A stretch of 63,953 bases of DNA, filler included, from Nemertoderma westbladi (lineage: Eukaryota; Animalia; Xenacoelomorpha): NCBI GenBank assembly GCA_032718475.1. It is 4 parts of 4 records of this genome, joined end to end, with 100 filler letters (N's around TTAATTAATTAA, not from the genome) between each part and the next. Parts side by side here need not be neighbours in the genome. Positions count along the whole stretch, not along the records: positions 1 to 22,738 come from JAUCBJ010003299.1; positions 22,839 to 50,307 come from JAUCBJ010002747.1; 2 more parts are not named here. One strand, 5' to 3'. Positions 12,561-23,899 of this stretch are shown piece by piece (position 1 is the stretch's first letter; each line of letters opens with the position of its first letter). The translations under genes were made by a program, and so were the position numbers. Below the pieces are notes generated by a model. It was not told where the DNA came from and ran no database searches. It saw only the letters and a list, made by a program, of their open reading frames with translations.

Positions 12561-14445
12561 GGCAGTGATTTTTTATGTCCTTTTATTTGACTTTTTTGTC
12601 CTTTTTTTTTTACGAATTATGCATAATGACTTTTGTTGTCCTTTTAATGACTTTTATTGTCCTTTTAATGACTTTTTAAGTATGTATTTCTTCAAACTGT
12701 CAGACTGCTGATTTCTGGACTGTCAGACAGTTGATTTCACTATGCCTGTGCCAAAATATTCCATGATTCCATGATTTATAGACTATGAGATAGATTTCCA
12801 TATGCGCCTGTGGTAAAAAGAGTATGTGGTTGTTGTCGATAATCGATTACCACATGACGTAGCAAAACACTCATTTTATAGCCAAAAACAATTACCAATT
12901 GATGGAAAGGAGCAGGTTAAGGCCGAGTTTTCTAACCAAAACAATAAACAGTCACTTTACCAAATCAGAGAAAGGAGCAGGTTACAGAGACGGGATTTTC
13001 TAACCAAAACAATAAACGATCACTTAACTAATTGAGGGAAAGGAGCAGGTTACAGAGGCGGGATTTTCTAACCAAAACAATAAACGATCACTTAACTTAT
13101 TGAGGCAAAGGAGCAGGTTACAGAGCGGGATTTTCTAACCAAAACAATAAACGATCATTTAACTAATTGAGGGAAAGGGACAGGTTACAGAGGCGGAATT
13201 TTCTAACCAAAACAATAAACGATCACTTAACTAATTGAGGGAAAGGAGCAGGTTACAGAGGCGGGATTTTCTAACCAAAACAATAAACGATCATTTAACT
13301 AATTGAGGGAAAGGGGCAGGTTACAGAGGCGGGCCTTTCTAACCAAAACAATAAACAGTCACTTTACCAAATCAGAGAAAGGAGCAGGTTACAGAGACGG
13401 GATTTTCTAACCAAAACAATAAACGATCACTTAACTAATTGAGGGAAAGGAGCAGGTTACAGAGGCGGGATTTTCTAACCAAAACAATAAACGATCACTA
13501 ACTAATTGAGGGAAAGGGGCAGGTTACAGAGGCGGGCCTTTCTAACCAAAACAATAAACGGTCACTTTACCAATTCAGGGAAAGGAGCAGGTTACAGAGG
13601 CGGGATTTTCTAACCAAAACAATAAACGATCATTTAACTAATTGAGGGAAAGGGGCAGGTTGCAGAGGCGGGATTTTCTAACCAAAACAATAAACAATCA
13701 TTTAACTAAGTGAGGGAAAGGAGCAGGTTACGGAGACGGGATTTTCTAACCAAAACAATAAACGATAACATTACCAATTGAGAGAAAGGAGCAGGTTACA
13801 GAGGCGGGATTTTCTAACCAAAACAATAAACGATAACATTACCAATTGAGGGAAAGGAGCAGGTTACAGAGGCGGGATTTTCTATCCAAAACAATAAACG
13901 ATCACTTAACTAATTGAGGGAAAGGAGCAGGTTAAGGCCGGATTTTCTAACCAAAACAATAAACAGTCACTTTACCAAATCAGGGAAAGGAGCAGGTTAT
14001 CCGTAACACTACTCAGACAGTAGTCATGATCCATTATTGATTATAAAACTAATACAGTAATAGGCCTAAATTATGTGAAAGGTATATCCACATTTTCCAC
14101 AATCCTGCAATCCAGTTTGGCCTATCAATTATTTAAAATTTATTAGCACAACCGGTAGGCCTACCATTACCGTATTTAAATGGTAGGCTACACAGTAGGC
14201 CTATAGCAGTACCGGTGCCGGTACCGGTACTAAAATACAGAAATACCTGCTTTATACCTACATCTGTACATACAATACAGCAAAATAGTGCTACAGTATA
14301 TATACTAATACCGGTACTGATAGCCTGAGAGAACAGCAGTAGAGAAACCGGTAGCATGGAACCTAACATTAGACTTTTGGAGGACATAAAAAATAAAAAA
14401 AAAAGGACAAAAAAAGGATTTAAACGGACAATAAAAATTATTGCG
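12561..14445. mobile_element. Non-autonomous MULE-like element nested in the foldback arm
   Basis: Imperfect TIR GCAGTGATTTTTTATGTCC / GGACAATAAAAATTATTGC. 9-10-bp duplication ATAAAGTAA(G) at 12552 and 14446. The uninterrupted right arm has a single copy of this site. Confidence 0.7.
12905..14000 (+). repeat. 68-bp satellite array, about 16 units
   Basis: Unit TTTTCTAACCAAAACAATAAACGATCACTTAACTAATTGAGGGAAAGGAGCAGGTTACAGAGGCGGGA. GGAGCAGG occurs at 12974, 13042, 13110 and onward. Confidence 0.95.
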
Positions 14446-14965
14446 ATAAAGTAAGACTAAATGTAATTCATTGAATCAGAATAAATTATTTCTTATCGGT
14501 TTAACTCACTCATCCGTTATTATTGTTGTTTTATCTATTCTGGGACTTCGAGCAGCACGTGAACAGTGAACAACTAAAACTAAACCAGCACGTTAACTAG
14601 TTTGGGGCTTCGAGCAGCACGTGAACAACTAAGCTGACTGGTTAACTACTGTATAGTCTGGGACTTCCTGTAGCACGTGAACAACTAAGCTGACTGGTTA
14701 ACTAGTCTGGGACTTCGAGCATAATTGCAAATTGAGGAAGGGGGGGGGGGGGGGGGGGGGGGGGGTCGGGGGATTTGACTTAACTTCTATCAGTAAAATG
14801 TAAAGAACATTTATTATTTGCTTGTATCAGTTATAATTACATCAGAACATTATAATTATAACAATATAGCAGGGAACTGATATTAAATTATATCGCAGGT
14901 AGGCCTACTGTAATAACAATAGGTGTATAATGCCTCTGCCTATATTGATCTGTCCCAGACATGTA

Positions 14966-15357
14966 CCAGACTAGTTAACCAGTCAGTTTAGTTGTTCACG
15001 TGCTGTTCGAAGCCCCAGACTAGTTAACCAGTCAGTTTAGTTGTTCACGTGCTGCTCGAAATCCCAGACTAGTTAACCAATCAGCTTAGTTGTTTACGTG
15101 CTGCTCGAAGTAACAGACTAGTTAACCAGTCAGCTTAGTTGTTTACGTGCTGCTCGAAGTCCCAGACTTGTTAACCAGGCAGCTTAGTTGTACACGTGCT
15201 GCTCGAAATCCCAGACTAGTTAACCAGTCAGCTTAGTTTTCACGTGCTGCTCGAAGTTCCAGACTAGTTAACGTGCTGGTTTAGTTCTTCACACGTGTTG
15301 CTCGAAGTTCCAGACTAGGTAACCAGCCAGTTTAGTTGTTCACGTGCTGGTCTAGTT
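14966..15357 (+). repeat. 49-bp tandem repeat, about 8 units (about 3.5 inverted units at 14540-14720)
   Basis: AGACTAGTTAACC at 14968, 15017, 15066 and onward. The unit consensus contains CACGTG and the overlapping palindromes ACTAGT/GTTAAC. Confidence 0.93.
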
Positions 15358-15783
15358 GTTCAATAGATAAATCAACAACATTAACGGACGACGGATGAGT
15401 GAGTTAAACCGATAATAAATAATTTATTCTGATTCAATGAATTACATTGGCAGATTGGTCTTACTCTATTCATGTATTAAAAGTTAAAACAGATTTGAAT
15501 TTACCGCCAATATATAGGTGACAGATCTGATCTGCCACCCTTTCCAGTACAAATAGCATGTCTTTCATTTCAATCATTTGAATTTCCCGCGCTATGGAGC
15601 AGGGTGGCACCTATTAGGGACTTGTGTGAGAGCTGCATTACTGCATTAGCATTCTGGCATTACTGCATTATACTGTTATACTGTTATAGCTGCATTATAC
15701 TGCAGTAGGCCTACCGGGGTACAGCAGTACAGCAATCTGGCAATAGCAGTACTGTTTGATAGCTGTCAGGCTGCAGGCTGTAA

Positions 15784-16290
<507 letters not shown>

Positions 16291-17689
16291 TAGTCTATGT
16301 TAGGTACCGGCTGACCGGTACCGGTAATCAACATTAGAGAAATAAGTTAATGTTACTGTTTCAGGCTACGACGGTGTAGGTATATTATTTTATAGTTTGG
16401 TCGGCAGCAACTGCATTATAATAACGACAACCCCAGAACCCAACAGCCCAAATGAGAAGCTAGGTATATTACTCATAATTCAAGCACTTTGCATTTTTTT
16501 AGTCCTACCGTGCTGTACCTGTCGCTGTCCTGTAGGCAGGTGAGTTACAGCATCTTACAGGTACTGGGAGCAGTTGTGATCAAAGGAGCGGGTAGCAAGT
16601 TTGGGGGAACAAAACAATAAACGAAAGTTTACACGTGTTCCACGTGTTGGTGTTATTTTCCGTACTAACCTGCATAATCTTATAACACGAGTTAACTTGA
16701 GTTAACTCCATTACTACTGTACTAGGCCTAACCTGCTTGGTGCTAGGGTGGTCCAAAAAAACTTTTTTCGAATTCCAGTCGTTTCTTGCATGAAATGGGC
16801 CCAAACTTTGGTAGATAAATCGATGTGATGATCAACTTCTAGTACTACTGCTGCATTGATATTATGCACATTAGAACCGCAATGAGCGTTTTAGTTGGTG
16901 TAGACTCCTTCAAAACAGTGTAGAGCGAATAGTTCTCGACGATCTTGAGACTGTGAGATATTGCAGATAATGTGAACTTTATTTATTTATTTAATGAACT
17001 ATTTACTACACAATATAATCAAATTGATACATACTTTCATATAGTTGAGTAAGTTTCTCGTACATAATGAATGATTATATATTGTAGGGCCTAACACTAA
17101 ATAAGTGCTACTGTAAATACGTAGGTAGCACTGTAAATATCCTATATAGTAGAAAACTCCGGCACAAGTCAGCAAGTCAACATTAGCGCCTTGGCCGTTT
17201 GATGCAATATTGACAAATACACTAAAAATGATACTTATAATTATTTCAAAACATCAAGAATGGACACATCACTGTAATTATTAATTTAGTTTATGTGGTA
17301 GACAACTAAAAAATAAGAGTAGAGTGTCTATTTCTCCAGTTTTGTACTTTACCATAACGTATCGGCTGTCCCATACTTGACATGTGTTGGTTGGGTTGGG
17401 GCAGAAGTTAATCATAATCATGGTCAAACAATTAATTATATACTTACATTTAATTATCGGTTACGAAAGAATGCGAAGAATATTATTTGTTACAAAATTG
17501 TAACATTATGACATTTGCAGTTTTGATATAATAAAAACATACACGAAGGCTCAAATCTCTTAGCTGTTTCATATAATGCAATCGGGGCCGCCATTCAAAC
17601 TCTCAATATTGAACACTCCTTACAGCCATTGACTATCCAACGCATTGGATACTATGAACGTACTATTGGTTTTTCCCGAAAAAACCAAC

Positions 17690-19080
17690 AGTTTCTGTTT
17701 ATTTGGTGCATTTAAAGTTCTTGGTTATTTTCGGAAACCAAGAGTTTTTTCAAAATATTTAATGTTTCTGTTTGACGTCGAGCGTGGCGTAAGCATGATT
17801 ACTATACTTTCAGGTATACTTCGGGGGTGGAGAATATGTTGGGGGTGTAGAGGGTCTTGCCACGAGTTATCAAAATATACAAATATTAATGTTACCGTAT
17901 GCGCATTTCACCCGTTGCGGGCGTCCTCAGCGGTTCATTATTATAATATATACATTAAAAATACTACTACTACTAAGTCGAGCGAACTCAGACAGTGGAA
18001 ATGAGATCCTTCCAGGCTTCCCGATTCTCCATAGTTGTCGCAATTTCGTTTGTCCCAAGTTCTGTATCCCTTTCAAGTTGATCTATATATGTTATGGCCG
18101 GTCGTCCACGACTACGCTTTCCATGAGTTGGTTGCCAGGAAAGTAGATCTGGTATGACCTCGTCTTTACTTCGCCAGCAGTGCCCACTGAATATTAACCT
18201 CCGTTTACGGAGGGTGGTTGATACAGGTGGTATTGTACCATAAAGCTCGGCGTTTGTCATGTGTTGTCTCCAGCTGATGTTTAGGGCTGCCCTTAGTAGT
18301 CTTGTGTAGCAACCATCAATTCGTTGTTCAAGTGATTTAGTCAGTGTCCAGGTCTCACCCCCGTATAAAAATACACTTTCCACTGTGGCTCGAAAGAACT
18401 TAGTCTTCAGGTGCCTGGAGAGATCTGATTTCCAGATGGTATCCATTTTTGATGGAGCTACCCAAGCCTTTGCTTTCCTAACTTCTATGTCCTTTTTGCT
18501 ACTCTCTATCCATGATCCAAGGTACTGGAAGTCGTCAACCTTCCTTAGTTTATTATTATCAATGGTTGTCAAGTTTCCATCACCATTAAAGGTCATGAAT
18601 TCGGTCTTGGAAGCATTTATATTCAGACATTAAAAATAGGAACATAATATATCAATTTAAATAAAATGGTAGGACTAACATCTTCTCCTCTTCCTCTTCG
18701 CTTGATTTTACCACTGTGGTACTTAATAAATAACCTATCTATTATCTATTTTTACTGTACTGCAGCACCACCCTTTAATGTGGACATGTTCTTACATTAT
18801 GTTAGTCCTACCATTTTATTTAAATTGATATATTATGTTCCTATTTTTAATGTATATATTATAATAATGAACCGCTGAGGACGCCCGCAACGGGTGAAAT
18901 GCGCATACGGTAACATTAATATTTTTATAACTCGTGGCAAGACCCTCCGCACCCCAACAGATTCTCCACCCCCGGAGTATACCTGAAAGTATAGTAATAA
19001 AAGTTCTTTTCACTGATAGTTAACTATTGGTTTTCGAAATAACCTAGAGTTAAAAATGCACCAATTAAACCAAAGGTTTA
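17690..19080. mobile_element. Palindromic MITE/foldback-like element in the CDC5L intron; left arm interrupted by an RTE
   Basis: 17798-17963 plus 18639-18680 is the reverse complement of 18800-18998. Weaker symmetry extends outward (GGTGCATT...GGTTATTT versus AAATAACC...AATGCACC). Confidence 0.8.
17964..18626 (-). mobile_element. 5'-truncated RTE-clade retrotransposon (family 2), C-terminal ORF fragment at 17988-18596
   Basis: VDDFQYLGSWI, RKAKAW, FFRATVESVFLYGGETWTL, GHCWR. (TAG)n tail. 12-bp TSD ACATTAAAAATA at 17952-17963 and 18627-18638. Confidence 0.92.
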
Positions 19081-19512
19081 AAAATGTTTAAACCAGAACT
19101 TATTTTCTTTTTACACAAACAATTATTTTTACTTTATCAACTGTTAGTTTTTCGTGACTTCTGTTTAAACTAGGGGTTAAAAAATTCATGATACAGAAAA
19201 TTACCCATGAAACTTTCATGTTTGAATTTTTTGTGAAATTTTTTGAATTTTTTAAATTGTACAATGCAGGAAGGATGAGGGGTACCTGAGACCTATTTTA
19301 TGAAGCGGGAAGTTTATTTAGGAGAACGCAATTGTTATTGCATGACTGTTAAATACTGTAAACCTGAATTGCCTCCCAATCTAACCTATTGCGAACCTTT
19401 TATAGAAGAATCGATAATAATAATATATTAGTTAGTTAGAGTGGGTGCTAATAACTAAGTCAGAAAGTAAAATAAAAAAGTAATAAAACAGCCTGAAATT
19501 AATAAAGCAGTA

Positions 19513-19752
19513 GCAAAAAGCAAAAGCAAACAGTCGGCCGAAGCCGGATGCGACCCGAAGGCTCCTCTTTCGATAGCTGCTACCCGAGGGTAGGGGTGGG
19601 CGCTACTCCTATCCCAAGATTTGCTCCCAGTTATTTAACTGGTACTCATTTCATCGACCGCAGTGGATGAAAGGCTGAGTGGACCCTGGCAGGGCTGAAC
19701 CTACAACCAATAGATTGCAGGCCCGGCGCTCAACCAACTGAGCTACCCCGCC
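19513..19752 (-). mobile_element. Full-length tRNA-derived SINE, 240 bp
   Basis: Minus strand begins GGCGGGGTAGCTCAGTTGGTTGAGCG (A box) with a degenerate B box GGTTCAGCCC. Central segment CACTCAGCCTTTCATCC...GGTCGATGAAATGAGTACC. (TTTGC)n tail. Perfect 14-bp TSD TTAATAAAGCAGTA at 19499-19512 and 19753-19766. Confidence 0.9.
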
Positions 19753-20934
19753 TTAATAAAGCAGTACTAATGGACTAATGGAATAATGGAATAAGTGGCG
19801 AAAGTTATGAGTCGTTGAATACTGTGATTGGAATAAATTTCATGAAATTTAAAAAATTTTAAATTTCAAAAATTTCATTGAAATATTTCACGTGAAATGA
19901 ATAAATTGTTGGTTTTCTCTAAATACTCCGAGTGGGATACATGTGGTATAGTACATATATTGCAAGATTCAGCTTAAACAGATTAAGATCAATGGAATTT
20001 GGAAGGTTATAAGAACTTGCATACATTTCGCCCTCCAGCACCAGACTGGAGAAATGCAGACATTTTACCGACCCCACAAAGTAAAGGATGTGTTCTAGCC
20101 ATATCCGACAAGTTTCAGCTTGAACGGATCATAAATAAATCCGACAAAGTTATTATCATGTCCAAATGGTAACGCAGACGACAACGACAACAACTATTTG
20201 CCATTATGTACCCACCCCACCCCCTAGCACTAACAGTTCGCTAAGGCTTCGCCAACTTCGTGGCTCGCCCCACAATATAATGGTCCCACAAATTTAACAG
20301 AATAAAATCGGTACCGAGTATCAATATAAAAAAATGCATTGGGATTGACAATCAAATAATAATTAACAATTTAATTAATTACCGGTACACTGAAATATCA
20401 TTTGACTTTATTACGATTGAAATGTCAGAAATAGAGCAGATAAAGATGTTTTGGTTACGGGCGAAAATAAATTAACCATCGATATTGACGAACTTAGAAT
20501 CTCAGTTCCATATAGTTGCAACCCTAAGGGCAAAATTGTTCTTGCAAATTATTAATGTCGATTGTTTATGGTACAGTTTGGGATAATGACCTCGAAGACC
20601 CTTTGCAATAAAGTGTGAAAAAATCATTAATATCAACGATATTATAAATTATCGAGTAGAAGTTTTCAAATAGAAAATGGTGCGTCGCAACTCAAAAGGC
20701 TGAAGGTTTAGTATGATTCTGACTGAGTCTGACTGAGTCTGATTCTATCTAAATATCCTATATAAGAGTTATAATTTTCATCGTTTAAATTGACAGAAAT
20801 TTAAGTCATTATTTTGTGAAATGATATCAACATTCCCCATTTCCCTATTATTGTGGGAATGTGTATAGTGTATAGTGTATTTAGTTTACAACAAGACAAT
20901 GTTTATTTTTTTTTGTTTATTTATTATATTTTAG

Positions 20935-22738
20935 TGAGGCCCGCGCCCGGCTTGCGAACACCCAGGGGAAGAAAGCGAAACGCAAAGCGCGAGAAAAACA
21001 GCTGGAGGAGGCGAGACGATTGGCGGCGTTGCAGAAACGGCGGGAGTTGCGAGCAGCCGGGATTGAGATGAAAGAGTACAGGAGGAAGCGGCGAGGCGTC
21101 GATTACAACGCGGAAATTCCGTTCGAGAAGCGGCCGGCCATCGGGTTCTACGACACAACGGAGGAGCGAATCGAGGACAAGGAGTTCGACTTCAAACGCC
21201 TCCGACGGGGGAATCTGGACGGGAGTTTACGGGAGGATAAAGAGAGACGGGAGAGGATTAAGGATAAACAACGGAACGAGAAACGGAAAGAATCTGACCT
21301 TCCGGCAGCGATGGTGCAGAGCAGCGGGAATGAATTGGGGAAGAAGCGATGCAAGTTGGTGCTGCCGGAACCGCAGATAACCGACGCGGAAATGGAAGAG
21401 GTGGTCAAACTGGGGCGCGGTGCGGGCGCGGCCAGGGAGATGGTGGGCGAGGAGGGCGCTACCACTGGGCTGCTGGCGGAGTACGGGGTGGGGGGCGTCG
21501 GGGGCGGTGCCCGGACGCCCAGACTCCCGGAGTCCGGGGACCTCGTCCTGCAGGAGGCCCGGAATCTACTGGCGTTGCAGAACGTTGAGACCCCGTTGCG
21601 CGGCGGGGAGAACGCGCCGCTGCAGGAGGTTGGCGGCGCGGAGGGCGCGGCCCCTAAACAGGCGGTGATGACGACGCCTAATACCGTGTTGAGTACACCG
21701 CGGGGGGCGGCTGTAGGGGGCGGTGGGGGGACCCCGGCGGCTGTGGGGGCCGTGGGGGTGACCCCGGGGGGCGGTGGGGCGACCCCGGTGGGGGTTCCAG
21801 GGGGCGCGACGCCCTCCGCCACACCCACTCGTCGCGATCAGCTCAACATAAACCCGGATGACGCATCCGAATTCTCGGAAGATTCGAACCTCGTGAAACT
21901 CGGTCGGATCCACCAGAAACTCGAGTTGCGCGCCGAGTTCGATAAGCTCCCCGCGCCGAGGAACGAGTTCGAGATCGTGATGCCGGACGCGGAGGATTTG
22001 GCTCCTCCGGAGGAGTCGGAGGCGCCGGTGGAGGACGCGGAGGAGCTGGAAGAGCGGCGGAGACGCGCCGAGGAGGAGGAGTTGCGGAGGCTGTTGTTGG
22101 AGCAGTCGACGGCGGTGCAACGGGAGTTACCCAGACCCCGCGAGATAAACACAAACATCCTCAGACCCCTCGATCCTCCCCTCTCCGAACTTCAGCGCGC
22201 CGAGGAGCTCATCAAACAGGAGCTCCTAGTGATTCTCCATCACGATAACTTACACTTCCCGGAAAATAGAGGTCCCGGGGTCAAATCCAAGTCGAGTAAT
22301 CCGGCGGCTTTGGAGAAGTTTTTAGAGAAACATCCGTACCAGGAGGTAAGTCTGGACGACCTCTCCGCAGCTCGGAAGCTGCTAGTTGAGGAAACCGAAT
22401 TGGTTAAACTCGGTATGAAACACGGGGACATCCCCCTGGAGGTCTATAACAAGGTTTGGATGGAGTGTAACGATCAGGTTCTCTTCCTGAACCAACAGAA
22501 CCGCTACACTCGGGCGAATCTCGCGAGTAAGAAAGATCGTCTGGCCGCCACGGAGAGGCGGTTGGAGGTGAATCGGGAGCACATGACGACGGGAGCGAGA
22601 CGAGCCGAGAAGGTTGAGAGGAAACTCCGGGTCCTATTGGGCGGCTACGAAGCCCGAAGTCTCGCCTTGGCTAAACAGTTGGCCAATCAGTACGAACTTA
22701 TTGAGCAGACTGAGTCAGAGTTGGAGGCGTTTCGATTC
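20935..22738 (+). CDS. CDC5L: CDC5L exon 2, truncated by an assembly gap
   Basis: Acceptor TTTTAG| at 20934. Splicing AG|T restores [49 protein letters not shown]. Followed by VDYNAEIPFEKRPA, a TP-rich region and YTRANLASKKDR. The frame is open to the Ns. Confidence 0.97.
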
Positions 22739-22838
22739 NNNNNNNNNNNNNNNNNNNNNNNNNNNNNNNNNNNNNNNNNNNNTTAATTAATTAANNNNNN
22801 NNNNNNNNNNNNNNNNNNNNNNNNNNNNNNNNNNNNNN
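22739..22838. other. Artificial contig linker
   Basis: N44-TTAATTAATTAA-N44, with stops in all six frames. Confidence 0.97.
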
Positions 22839-23043
22839 TGAATATCATCCAAATTTGGATAAATAACATCAAATTAGCATTTTCCTCCAAATTTGGAGTA
22901 TATATTTTGCACATATTGGGCATTTATGCTTTAAATATTTAGATATTTATTTGGGTTATACTAAAAACCGCAATTAACCCCAACTTACCGCAATTTACTG
23001 CAACTAACCGCAATTTACCGCAACTAGTTGTTATTTTCAAGCA

Positions 23044-23114
23044 CCCTCATAGTCTAGTGGTTACAACCATAGGCTTTCACTTAGGAGGCCCTGGTTTGAT
23101 CCCTTGACCAGGCA
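23044..23114 (+). pseudogene. tRNA-like (Glu/Gly-derived) sequence embedded in a repeat; related inverted copy at 31572-31650
   Basis: A box TAGTCTAGTGG, loop CTTTCAC, B-box-like GGTTTGATCCC. The acceptor stem does not pair. Upstream CTAAAAACCGCAAT...TAGTTGTTATTTTCAAGC is shared with 31648-31690 on the minus strand. Confidence 0.6.
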
Positions 23115-23899
23115 ACTACAAGGCAACTTTACAGTATTACATTAGAGGGTCCTATGAATTACCCCAAAATAGTCAAACAATACCATAAAAAGGCTAAACA
23201 ATTACTGGTACCCCAAAATAAGCCAACAATGTTTAGAAACGGTGAGGGAAAGGAGCAGGTTATAGTGGCAAGTTTTTATAACCAAAACAATAAATGAGTG
23301 AAAAACACATATTTTGGGGTATTTTTGTTTGGGGTAATTCGTAGGACCGTTTTTAAAACACTGCACAAACAGAAAAACAGTCAACAGCTGCGTAGCCAGG
23401 AATTGTCTACGGTAGGGTCCCAGACCCCAAATTGTAATTCATAGTTAGTTATAGTAGTTGTGGGGCGTGGGGGAGCCTCCCCCCCCCCCCCCCCCCCCCC
23501 CCCCCCAAAGCGTAGTCCAGATGTGATTTCTATGAATTATAACAAAATGCTCACCATATGTGTTGTGTAATGTGTAGTAGGCGAGGCGTACTACTCTGTA
23601 GTATGCGAGGCGTACTACTCATTCTGAGTAATGCGTGCCAGTACCGGTACATGTTCATTCCCCCCAGTAAAGCCCCCCCAATCCGCTATTAAGTATTGAT
23701 ATGATAGATAGAATATCCGCTATTAAGTATTAATATGATAGAATCAGTTATAAAGTGAGTTACTGCAATTACAAATGAAATTGAATTAATAAATTAAATC
23801 AATATTATAATTAAACCGGTGAGATTGTTTTACGTACAGTCATTTCATTTACCTTAAAATTGGAAAGATTAAAAATAATACTTCAATTATAACAGGAAG

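Larger units (their letters stand above)
12415..15611. mobile_element. Foldback-type element with long TIRs containing 49-bp tandem repeats; left arm interrupted by an insertion
   Basis: 12415-12560 plus 14455-14720 is the reverse complement of about 15180-15611. Termini GGTGCC...GGCACC are each flanked by TA. Poly-G tract near the centre. Confidence 0.85.

Noticed and set aside
12905-14000. CRISPR-like 68-bp periodicity
   Set aside because: The whole unit is repeated and there are no unique spacers.
17801-17816. ACTATACTTTCAGG resembles the U3 snoRNA 5' end
   Set aside because: The match stops after 14 nt, lacks the following GATCA box, and lies in an inverted-repeat arm.
21148-22158. Long antisense and alternative-frame ORFs over CDC5L, and likewise over the FET gene and at 62095-62853
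   Set aside because: These are shadows of GC-rich or low-complexity coding and repeat sequence with no independent motifs.
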